A DNA stretch of 64,000 nucleotides from Octopus sinensis (Eukaryota): contig NC_043013.1 of NCBI RefSeq assembly GCF_006345805.1, positions 23,436,001-23,500,000 on the forward strand, written 5' to 3'. The notes beneath the pieces were generated by a model. It saw only the letters and a program-made list of their open reading frames with translations. It made no database searches and was not told the DNA's origin. Positions 53,783-64,000 of the stretch are shown in pieces (positions within the stretch are counted from its first letter, which is position 1; each line of letters opens with the position of its first letter). Both the position numbers and the translations under genes were made by a program.

Positions 53783-54165
53783 TCATCATCATCATCATTT
53801 AACGTCCGCTTTCCATGCTAGCATGGGTTGGACGGTTCAACTGGGGTCTGAGGAGCCCGAAGGCTGCACCAGGCCAGTCAGATCTGGCAGTGTTTCTACA
53901 GCTGGATGCCCTTCCTAACACCAACCACTCCGAGAGTGTAGTGGGTGATTTTATGTGCCACCGACACAGTGCCAGACGAGGCTGGCAGACGGCCACGCTC
54001 GGATGGTGTTTTTATGTGCCACCGACACAGGTGCCAGATGAGGCTGGCGAACGGCCACGATCAGATGGTGTTTGTTACGTGCCCACAGCACGGAGGCCAG
54101 TCGATGCTGTACTGGCTACGGCCACGTTCGGATGGTTTTCTTGTATGCCACCGGCACTGGTACCA
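53783..54165 (-). mobile_element. LINE 3'-tail copy with several internal tandem subunits
   Basis: Same terminus, plus repeated atgtgccaccgacacag...gaggctggc subunits. Confidence 0.75.
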
Positions 54166-55154
54166 CAAAGATACAAATTCCATTGATGTTCATCTATTCG
54201 CAAAATCATTTGAATAAAAATCGAGAAATATGTCACTTTCCTATGAAGTTAACCAACAGCAACTCGACATACAGACGGAAGCTTGCAGAGTGAATAGTTT
54301 GCAAAGAACACATAAAACTAATGTCACTAATGGCATTTACCAAAAAGTAAAAAGTCAGTTTGTTGTTAAGATAAAGAATATAATCTATGACATTGCCCCT
54401 TGGATATTCTATGTAGCACAGAAGTCAGCTTCAGTGGGATTTGAACACAGAATCTAGTGAAGTGAATGAGAATAAAATTGGATGGTACATTCGATCTGTT
54501 GCCTACTTTAATCCCACCAATTGACCTTTGGATAGCTTTAGGGAGCCCATCCCGATGCAAACATCATTCTAAGCCAGGTTTCCAGTGTGTTGACAACTTC
54601 CTGCTATCTCAGAATGCCCTAAAAAGGGCCATTCACTAAACCATTCAAAAAAGAGAAAGGGGGCGGGGGAAACTGCAATACGTTTAGGCAATGTGGAAAC
54701 GATTTCTTCTAATAAGATGAATTTTTGTAGAGCAATGCATATTCTTGATGAAAATCCACTTAATACTGCAAGAACAGAAAATAAAATTTGTAATGGTTGG
54801 GTTTTAGATTGGAACCTTGATGGATAAAATTAAATATTGCAACTATTTCAATGAACTTCTCAATCACCACTGCTTTTTAGTTCTAAGTTCATTTCAGAGT
54901 TGTGTCCCTTGCATTTCTTGACCAGAAATATTCATTTATCTAATGAAATTTTTTTTCTCCTCTCCATCCTCACTACTTGTGTAATTTTAATTACTTAAAA
55001 TTTATTAGAATTCATTAAGTATGAAGGAATCCCCACCTCCAAAAGGAACATGTATTAAATATGTTTGAACAGCCCCCACCCATAAAAAGGGAACAAACAC
55101 AGTTATATTTTTTAAAATAAAATTTTGAATATTTTTTTAAAGTTAATTTTTTCT

Positions 55155-55160
55155 TTTATT
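55155..55160 (-). promoter_or_regulatory. Candidate polyadenylation signal (AATAAA) of MANBA
   Basis: TTTATT on + about 190 nt downstream of the stop. The region is AT-rich, so specificity is weak. Confidence 0.3.
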
Positions 55161-55351
55161 GAATAAACAATTTTTCACACAAGTGTTTCTTGTTGAACAC
55201 AAAATATATATATATTTGTGTGCACATGCAAATATATATATATATACATACATACACACACACAATGTGTAAACTTTAAAGCAAACCAAAAACTAGGGAA
55301 GTCTGTGGGTAGATTAAAAAATTTATCACCATTTATATATATATATTCTAG

Positions 55352-55597
55352 TTACCTTATATTATAAACATCCATCAAAGATTTCACTGTTAATGATGTC
55401 TTCAGCTGATCCACAGGAACATTTTGCCAAGCATAGAATTCAACAGATTTGCTTGCATTTATCATCAGGAATCCATTGTCTGAGAAACGCCCCAATATTC
55501 CAGTAGCTTCTAACCAAACAAATGGAGCAATGTCTGAACTCTGAAGTGTAATATCAAAGGTGTTGTTTCGGCCACTTACAGCAACCACTTTGGTGAT
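55352..55597 (-). CDS. MANBA: Beta-mannosidase terminal exon: ITKVVAVSGRNNTFDITLQSSDIAPFVWLEATGILGRFSDNGFLM...SLTVKSLMDVYNIR*
   Basis: Acceptor ctcactcacag (55599-98). APFVWL and GRFSDNGFLM are typical MANBA C-terminal motifs. TAA stop at 55354-52. Confidence 0.95.
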   Translation of the reverse strand: MTKVVAVSGRNNTFDITLQSSDIAPFVWLEATGILGRFSDNGFLMINASKSVEFYAWQNVPVDQLKTSLTVKSLMDVYNIR

Positions 55598-55841
55598 CTG
55601 TGAGTGAGAGAGAGAGAAATTGAAGAAACCAATACGTTATATATATGCATTTTATTTTATATGTGCAAAGAATATTGAAGAAAAAACAATCAAATTTCTG
55701 TTGATCTGTTGTGAACCAAGTATTGGTCTGTATGAATCAGGTGTTTTGTAACATAAAATAAAATTCAAGGAATTTCTGGTAAACCTTCATCAGTAACAAT
55801 CAATCCAACACAATAAAAAATACTTTAAAATTAAATGTTAA

Positions 55842-56063
55842 CCCTTTCGTTACCAACCCAGTTGAAACTGCTTCTGGCTCTGTATTAAAAATGTCTTGTT
55901 TCCATAAGTTTTGAATTAAAATCTTCCACCAAATCTTAGTCACTATTTATGTTTCTAAGACTAGCTTAACAATAACTAAGTTATTTTACTAAATTCTTTG
56001 TTACATTTAAAATTAATTGAAAGAAACACAGAGCATCTCAACAGAAATACAGTAACAAAAGAG
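55842..56063. mobile_element. piggyBac-type MITE family 1, second copy (last MANBA intron)
   Basis: Same length and internal sequence as 20022-20243, with TTAA on both sides. Confidence 0.9.
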
Positions 56064-57281
56064 TTAAGTCAATGTATTTTTCTATGAGGAAAAAGAAAAA
56101 AATATTTTAAAACCTTCACAAGTTAACTATCACTGGAGTCTTGTTGAACCATGACTATCTCTCTGAAATCATTCCATAGTGATTCTGAGAATGAACTAAA
56201 TCATAGAAGGCACACTCTTTATAATTTATCAACTGTAGACAGGTCCGAGAGCTTTCTGTGATATTTGGTTAGTCTGATGATTCTAAAGTACCCTCAGAAG
56301 TTTGGTGAAATTCTTGTTTGTTTGATCTTTATTTTAAGCTTATGTTTTAGGGAATTTGTAGAACTATTTCTTGAATTTAATTCCAGAGTGAACTCATGAC
56401 TGTGCACTGGCTGTAAGTTTTTTTACTGACTCCAAAGCCAAGTAAATGATTTCTTGGATAAAAGGCCAGTTTTGTAAAAAGAAGAGTGGACTCAAATCAA
56501 TTCCATGAAATTTAATTTTTAGCTAACGTCAGGAGGAGGATCAAACACAAAGTTGACTCCAGTACGATCGGAATACAGATTCAAAAATAATCAGGGCCTT
56601 TTACTTGTATAATAACTACAGCGACCACTCATATGCAAGGATGGGCATCCTCTTGACCCACTCACTTTTGAATCAGTGAAATAGTTGGTGGGATAGATAG
56701 AAGGCAGTACAAGAATTCAGTAGGCACGGTATCTTTTTTATTTGTGTAAGACTAATATTATAGGAGTGTGGCAAAGTAAAGAGTATTCAGTCTATTGTCA
56801 GGTTACTGACCTCAGAGAGGTGGAAAACAAATGCAACTTTAGCAAGATTCGAACTCAGAATAGTGGAAGAACATCAGATAGACTGCTCACTATTTTACTG
56901 TTCTTACGTATTCTGAAAGAAAATGTTTCTTTCAATGAATAATTTCCATTTCTTCAGCAATTTCTATTTTCTAAAATTGATATTGGAAAGCAATCCTGTA
57001 TTTGTTGGCCAAGGAAAACATTTAAGATAAATATTTGGCCAATGCCACAATAACCAAGATTGAAATATAAATTTCTAAGCTCTTTTCTCATGTTAAATAG
57101 AATTAAACTCCCAAGACAAAAAAAATTTTTGAAATTCTTATCAAATGGCAAAAAAGCCACCGGACTACATCATCCAATATGTCCTGCTTTATAGAACTGA
57201 GGGAAATTTGGCTGCTATTTCTAGCATGTCAAGCGACTTAAAATATGCAAAATTGACAAATATTCATTTCAAATGCCATAC

Positions 57282-57464
57282 CTTTATTTTTGCAAATGGG
57301 ATTCCTCCTGAAGGTACAAGACGACCAAGCGGCAACCAAGATGTTGACACAGAATCCTCAGAATCCAAGAAGAAAAACAAGAAACATGATGTAAGAGAAC
57401 ATTTCTTGTGGTCCACAATTTCTGATGCAGGAATTTTGAGAACAACATCTGAAGTTTTGTCTAA
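57282..57464 (-). CDS. MANBA: Beta-mannosidase exon: LDKTSDVVLKIPASEIVDHKKCSLTSCFLFFFLDSEDSVSTSWLPLGRLVPSGGIPFAKIK
   Basis: Not in the ORF track (no ATG). Acceptor gaatatag, donor GTATGG at 57281. 183 nt = 61 codons, open, phase 0-0, bridging the flanking exons. Confidence 0.85.
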
Positions 57465-57548
57465 CTATATTCAAAGAAAGAGAGAGGCATGGTTAACAAA
57501 CAACATTGGGGACACAGACACACACAAACAACATTGGGGGCACACACA

Positions 57549-58670
57549 TTTATTTATTTTATTTTTTATCTTTTTTTTTTATTTTATTTAGTTTTAGCTC
57601 ACAAGCTGTGGCCATGCTGGGGCACTGCCATTTGGTGTTGCTACATGATTTTACTTCACGAATGCTTTTTAGCAAATGCCATCTGGTGCATGAGAGAGTT
57701 CGATGCAGCTGCCCTCATCTGCATCTCCTGCCGTGAAGTTGGTTCATCTGGGACACCTGACAAGAAGAGATCCAGTTTCATTTTAAAGACATCTGCATCC
57801 ACCCCATGCAGGTCTCTTAGGTTCTTCGGGAGGATATTGAAGAACTGTGGGCCTCAGAAGCCCAGGCTATCACAGTATCTTGTCCTACATCTTGATGGCA
57901 AATTTGGAGTCCTTGGCACTATGCAGTGGCGCCCAGTTCTGGCTTTGTGTAACTCTCAATGCCAAAGTTTGGGACAAGTCCTTCTAGGATCTTCCAGATG
58001 TATATTATGGCATATCTTTCTCGCCTACGCTCTAAGGAATAGAGTCTCAATCTCTTGAGTCTTTCCCAATAGCTTATATGCTGCACAGAGGCTATCTTCT
58101 TCGTGTAGCTTCGTTGGATCGTCTCAAGTTCTGTGATTAACTTGACACTGGATGGTGACCATAGCTGAGAGCAATAGTCAAAGTGGCTTAGGACAAGTGT
58201 CCTCCAGAGGACCATCATGGTTTCCTGGTCTCTTGTTCTAAAGGTTCTAAGAATCCATCCGGTCAGCTGCCTACATTTCATTGCCAATTTAGCAACATGC
58301 ACATGAAAGGTTGCATCATCACTCATGTAAATACCCAGGTCTCGCACTGATTGTGCCTCTGGGATTGCAATCCCTCCAGGTCCAGTGTATTTATTGGGTA
58401 TTGCATTTAGTTTTGCATGCTGATAGTATAAAGCTTGAAACTTTGCAGCATTGAACTGCATGCTATTCTTTTCAGCCCACTTGTATATTTTGTCCAGCTC
58501 ACATTGCAGGTGCTTAGTGTCTTCAGGGTTCTGTATTGCCTGTGAAACTTTTGTATTATCTGCATAACTTGTGATCGTGGCTCTCTGCATGGCTGAGGGC
58601 ATGTCTGAGAGGGCCATTATGAACAGTAGTGGTCCCAGAACAGTGCCTTGCGGAACACCACTCACTATTT
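57549..58670 (-). mobile_element. 5'-truncated CR1/L2-group LINE with an intact 3' UTR and A-rich tail, in a MANBA intron
   Basis: ORF 57919..58665 has SGVPQGTVLGPLLF, YADNTK, FDYCSQLWSP and LERRRERY. Coding remnant continues to ~57660, then a short UTR and A-rich tail. Same family as 36450-37840. Confidence 0.93.
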
Positions 58671-58876
58671 GCGTGTTAATGGAAGTGGCAAATATTCTTT
58701 TAAAAAAACCTTTTCTTTTAATTTTTCTAAATTTAATTATTTAATCGTTACAGTTGAAAAGGTTTCAAAATGACTGAAACCGGTACTGAAATGTTCTTTA
58801 TAAAATTATTTTAGCATTTTCTATCTTGACTTGTTTTTTCATATATATCAACTCGTGTGTTCCTTTTCATCCTTAT

Positions 58877-59410
<534 letters not shown>

Positions 59411-59667
59411 AATATACGAGAGTCTTCTTTCAGCTTCTGTCTACCAAATACACTCACAAGGCTTTGGTCAACCCGAGGTTATAGAAGACACTTGCCCAAG
59501 GTGCCACACAGTGGGACTGAACCCGAAACCATGTGGTTTTTAAGCAAGTTACTTACCACACACCCACTCCTGCACCTACTCAAAATTTCTTTGAGTGTTG
59601 CCGCAAGTTACAAAGTATATATAAAAAAACCCAAAAATATTTCCCTTAAATTCATCCAAATACTTAC

Positions 59668-59945
59668 ACTATATTTTTGGGTCCAGCTTTTCACTGGGGT
59701 TCGGTTCTTCCAATTATATAACTTCACCTGTAAAGTGCCAGTCAGTACTGAGTTCTTACTTTTGGAGATGTTGAGTGGAACCATTTCTAGGCTACCATCT
59801 GACCGCCTGTGTTCTTTGATTGGAATACCATCCACAACCATATTTATATAAAGCATCTTTTCATTAACAAAATATGGTGAAATCAAAACAGGGGAAAAGA
59901 ACTTTTTAGAATAATAATGAAGCATCTTCCATGTTCCATCATATT
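59668..59945 (-). CDS. MANBA: Beta-mannosidase exon: (E)YDGTWKMLHYYSKKFFSPVLISPYF...LQVKLYNWKNRTPVKSWTQKYS
   Basis: Acceptor ctctcttgcag, donor GTAAGT at 59667. 278 nt = 2+92 codons. The G+AA junction gives E, completing SSIEYDGTWKMLHY as in MANBA. Confidence 0.95.
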
Positions 59946-59989
59946 CTGCAAGAGAGAAAAAAATACATGTGTGTATATATATATATATA

Positions 59990-60382
59990 CTAGCAGTATC
60001 GCCCGGCGTTGCTCGGGTTTGTAAGGGAAATAACTATAAAGCATTTTTAGAGAGTTATAGCCAAAAAATAGCAAAAAATGCATTAAAAATGGAAAAAAAA
60101 TTATGGTAAATTTTTTTTTAAATCGTTGACTCATCGTAGACATTTTTAGAGAGTTACTTCCCTTATATTTAAAAAATATGCCTTAAAATGGAAAAAATGG
60201 TAAATTATTTTTAAAATTGTAGACTCATCGTAGACGCGCACTAATATCCAGAAGGGCTTGATATGAATCACGACTATAAGATACCCGGTTTTGGTTAAAC
60301 TGCACCGCAAAATGTGGGAGTAGTTAGGAATTTAAATCGAAGGGGACAGACATTCACACAACTACAGTTTTATATATAAAGA
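59990..60382 (-). mobile_element. Non-autonomous Helitron (393 bp)
   Basis: On -, it starts TC, ends with hairpin CCCGAGCAACGCCGGG + 8 nt + CTAG, and is inserted between A and T with no TSD. An internal ~100-bp tandem duplication is present. Confidence 0.85.
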
Positions 60383-60984
60383 TATGCTTTAGAAGCTAGG
60401 TAAATTAGAGTGTTTATATCATTTATATTATAAAATAGTTTTACACACACACACACACACACACAAACGCTGTCTATCATTGACTTTATATTTTATTAAA
60501 TCAATTAATTCTGTCCCTTTCATGTAAACATTTTTATTTATTGATAAAAATGTTTCCTGTTTGAAATAAAATTCCTGATGCAACACACAAAAGAGGATCG
60601 GTGCCGTTCTATTAATATCTAATTAATATCTAATTACTGTAAAAACATGTTTTGTAGATGTTTCAACCATGGAAATGTGAAAGCAACCCTGTTTCCTTTG
60701 ATGGTCCCCTGCCAATTTTAAAGTATTCATATTTAACCCTTTAGCATTTAAAGTAGCCACATCAAGCAAAAATAGTCTACCAGTTTTATGTTCAAACTGG
60801 TCAGATCCAGCTTCTCACACCTACCCTACAATAATAACATCTTTGAAATCTTTATTAGCCATGAACAGTCCCTCTTTGCTTCAGATCAAATAAAAAAGTT
60901 TGTCTTTTCAATCGTCTCTACCACCAACGTTCAGATTGTGGGGTGCAGTATTAATGTAACAAATTATTATTCTTATACTTCTAA

Positions 60985-61308
60985 TCATTATTAATAATAA
61001 TTATTATTATTAATAATGATAATTATTATTATCACCATCAATAATAATAATAATTATTATCATTAACACCATTCATAATACTTATTATTAACACCGTTCA
61101 TAATAATAATTATTATAATTATAATTATTATCATCATTAATAATTATCATTATTAATAACGTTCATCATTATTTTCATCATTAATAATTATCAACATTAA
61201 TAATAATAATTATTATTATCAACATTTATAATAATAAATAATTATTATCAACATTTATAATAATTATTATCATTATTATTAATGACAATTATAATAATAA
61301 TAATAATA

Positions 61309-61341
<33 letters not shown>

Positions 61342-61370
61342 GATGATTATAATAATAATTATTATTATTG
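60985..61370. repeat. Degenerate (TAA/TCA)n low-complexity tract
   Basis: Directly visible. Confidence 0.9.
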
Positions 61371-61622
61371 GATTGTGGTGGATTAAGTAGAATGCATAGA
61401 GTGTTTATTTATGTTCTTTGATATTCTGAGTGAGAATCCCACCAAAGTTGACTTCCTTCCATGTAAGATAAAGGGGGAGGCACGAGTTAAATCCTGAAGT
61501 TCATTTAGTTTATTAAATTCCAATTGGAAAATGCATGGCCTCGTGCCTAAATAAGAAATTATTTTTGATTATGGTAATATTAATAACGATGACAATGAAG
61601 ATGATAGCGATGATGACGATAT

Positions 61623-61851
61623 ATTTCTTTACTATCCACAAGGGGCTAAACACAGAGGGGACAAACAAGGACAGACAAATGGATTAAGTCGATTATATCG
61701 ACCCCATGCGCAACTGGTACTTAATTTATCCACCCCGAGAGGATGAAAGGCTAAGTCGACCTCGGCGGAATTTGAACCCAGGACGTAGCGGTAGACGAAA
61801 TACGGCTACGCATTTCACCCGGCGTGCTAACGATTCTACCAGCTCGCCGCC
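61623..61851 (-). mobile_element. SINE family B copy in a MANBA intron
   Basis: Reverse complement of family B from head to tail. Confidence 0.85.
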
Positions 61852-62098
61852 TTCTAACAGCTCGATTCTACCAGCGATGATGATGATAATAGTGCTAGTG
61901 ATGATGGTGATCGTTATAAATAATGTTGGTTATGGTGAGGATGATAGTGGTGATTGTATGATGATGTTGATGCCAACAATGATGATGGTGATGAGAAAAA
62001 TGAAAAATCCTGACCAAAAAAAAAAAAGGAAAGAAAATAAAAAATTTTCTGATTTAAAAAAAAAAAAAAAAAAATTTTGCTTCCTCCTATGAACTTAC

Positions 62099-62243
62099 CA
62101 ATAGAAGACCAAGTTGGAGCTTGCCAAATATCATTTAATTGCCAATAGAGGGCACCCATAGTTATTCCAAGTCCATTGACCACTTCACTTTGATGTCTAC
62201 GATAGCTTTCTGTTTCAAATCGGATTGACATCGCTTGGTTTAT
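62099..62243 (-). CDS. MANBA: Beta-mannosidase exon: INQAMSIRFETESYRRHQSEVVNGLGITMGALYWQLNDIWQAPTWSSI(E)
   Basis: Hallmark MGALYWQLNDIWQAPTWSSI motif. Acceptor tttttgag, donor GTAAGT at 62098. 145 nt = 48 codons+1. Confidence 0.97.
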
Positions 62244-62660
62244 CTCAAAAAGAAAAACAGGAAGAAATAATAACATCTTAGAATTCTAAGATACAAAGAA
62301 GACAATTCAAAGACAAGAACTAATGACCAAAACTATTTCATCTTGTGCTTAATTGGAAATAATTCAAATTGGTTCTAATTACTTAAAGTCCTATGAAATT
62401 TTGTGTGTGTGTGCATGCGCACACACATACCTATGATGAAAGGTGTTTCAGCTCTGGCCATCCCAGCTCATCGTATATAATATATTTAGGACTGCATTAT
62501 TAAACGTATTTTTGTTTGTTTCTTTTCTTTGTTAGTATTTTGTGAGTGATTAGGGTGTCATTTCTAGTAGTTCAGTAAACATAGAAGCTCCTTTAATGAT
62601 TCACAACAGTGGATATTCATAAGGTAAATGTCTTGTTTAAATGGGACTGTAATACAGCTC

Positions 62661-63130
62661 TATATTTAAGAGATGAGGAATTATGTACATTATTTACATT
62701 TGATGGATATTAGTCCTCATCTTGTTTGTTGTTAGCACGTTTCGGCTGATATACCCTCCAGCCTTCATCACTGGAAAATACGAAAACTAAAAGCAGCAGC
62801 ACATATGCTAGGACACAACAACCTCCTAAGCAGACTGAGTGCAGATATGAATAGCATATGGGAACCGGTATTGAGGAAGGATAGGCGAATATTAGATTTA
62901 TAAGCCCTAAAATTCACTCCATAATTGCCCATGGACATATGGCGTAGTGGTTAAGAGCACAGGCTACTATCCTCAAGATTCCAAGTTCGATTCCAGGCAG
63001 TAATCTGAATAATAATAATAGCATCGAAAAATACCTTAGGAATGAGACACCTGATGAAGGCTGGAGGGTATATCAGCCGAGATGTGTTAACAACAAACAA
63101 GATAACAAATTTCTGTCAAATGTAAATAAT
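62661..63130 (+). mobile_element. Penelope-like element remnant: inverted terminal-repeat fragment + ORF C-terminus + tRNA-like cassette + hammerhead-like terminal repeat
   Basis: 62766-62903 encodes HHWKIRKLKAAAHMLGHNNLLSRLSADMNSIWEPVLRKDRRILDL*, resembling a GIY-YIG PLE C-terminus (from recall). tgatgaaggctggagggtatatcagccga.a.gtg.taacaacaaacaagat is present at 63052+ and inverted at 62770-. Confidence 0.7.
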
Positions 63131-63790
63131 GAGACTGTAATATGTGAAACTTTATTAAGGGCGTACAAATAAGCACATTATTCTCTAAATGATACCAGTT
63201 TTCTCTGCCAACCTCAATGGTTTACTTTGTGATTCTCCCATCACTAATTTGGCAAGCATTGTGAAGTTTGTTCCACTGATGATATCATAACAATAAAACA
63301 TGTTCAGAGTTGTCTCCCATGATTGCCAAAATATGTTGATAAAATAATATTGCTAATACTACGTAACCATTTCTAGTTAATTTTTTTAATGTTTACTTCA
63401 TTAATATATAAACACTAACTTAATTATTGTCTATTTTTGGAAAATGGCATCTCTGTGTAATAAATAAGTTTTCCATAATATTTCTTTGTCTTGCAAGGTA
63501 CTTGGTGACCCCATTTGGTGATGGTTCCATGTAAAAAGCCCTGGTGCCACATAAAATGCAGCCAGAACACACTGAAGTGGTTGGCATTAGGAAAGGCATC
63601 CAGCAATAGAAACCATTCCAAAACAAACAATGGAACCGGGCATGGCTCTCCAGCCTTGCCAGCTCCTGTCAAACCATCCAACCCATGCCAGCATGGAAAA
63701 TGGAAGATAAATGACGACGACAATGATGATGGTATTTGAAAGTAAGGTGTTTAGTTTAAAAAAAAAAAAAAAAAAAAGAAACAATTATAC

Positions 63791-63894
63791 CTGTGTAAGG
63801 TATATAATATCCTGAAAGGTTTTATGCTTGAATTTCTTTGAAGAAGGTGGAAGGTCAAAGTGTTGCAAAATTTCTGCTTCCATTTCCAATTGCC
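63791..63894 (-). CDS. MANBA: Beta-mannosidase exon: (x)QLEMEAEILQHFDLPPSSKKFKHKTFQDIIYLTQ
   Basis: Minus-strand acceptor tttttcccag (63896-95) and donor GTATAA (63790). 104 nt = 2+34 codons. Ends phase 0, in frame with the next exon, and matches the GH2 beta-mannosidase HF.LP...F.D.IYLTQ region. Earlier exons lie beyond the window. Confidence 0.9.
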
Positions 63895-64000
63895 CTGGGA
63901 AAAAAAAAAAGAGAATATAAAGAAAGCAAAGGGATATAAAAGAAAGTTTTATTTCATTTTATGGAAAAGATGGTGAATTGATAGAATCATCCTCAGGGCA

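Noticed and set aside
57145-58058. + strand ORFs of 148 and 189 aa
   Set aside because: Antisense shadows of a MANBA exon and of the LINE on the - strand.
62933-63000. True tRNA gene (also the SINE heads at 2222, 9645, 10934 and 46180)
   Set aside because: A/B boxes are present, but I could not fold a complete cloverleaf with an acceptor stem, and each runs on into a repeat body.

Overview
AT-rich, repeat-dense eukaryotic genomic DNA. It is probably from a coleoid cephalopod such as Octopus; this is an inference from the SINE families and microsatellite load, not something the sequence proves. Two convergent spliced genes are supported. On +, three coding exons (12886-18508) encode the C-terminal part of a PP2C/PPM-like phosphatase resembling Drosophila CG9801; its 5' exon(s) were not found. 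On -, the last five coding exons (63894-55352) of beta-mannosidase (MANBA, GH2) splice in frame and continue beyond the window. The remainder is a mosaic of tRNA-derived SINEs (three families, labelled A/B/C here), decayed RTE and CR1/L2-group LINEs, a mariner, piggyBac/Tigger-type MITEs, a non-autonomous Helitron, a Penelope-like remnant, and mini/microsatellites. The most interesting signals are: (1) a Penelope-like remnant combining a Pol III tRNA-like cassette with a degenerate minimal-hammerhead motif present in two inverted copies; (2) a LINE 3' tail shared with SINE family A, with a compensatorily conserved stem-loop; (3) a three-element nested transposon stack; (4) a ~510-bp imperfect palindrome; (5) inverted SINEs bracketing a catalytic exon; (6) a diverged tandem triplication with an invariant 46-bp core. 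No CRISPR array, rRNA or true tRNA gene is supported. All alignments were done by eye, with no database searches.
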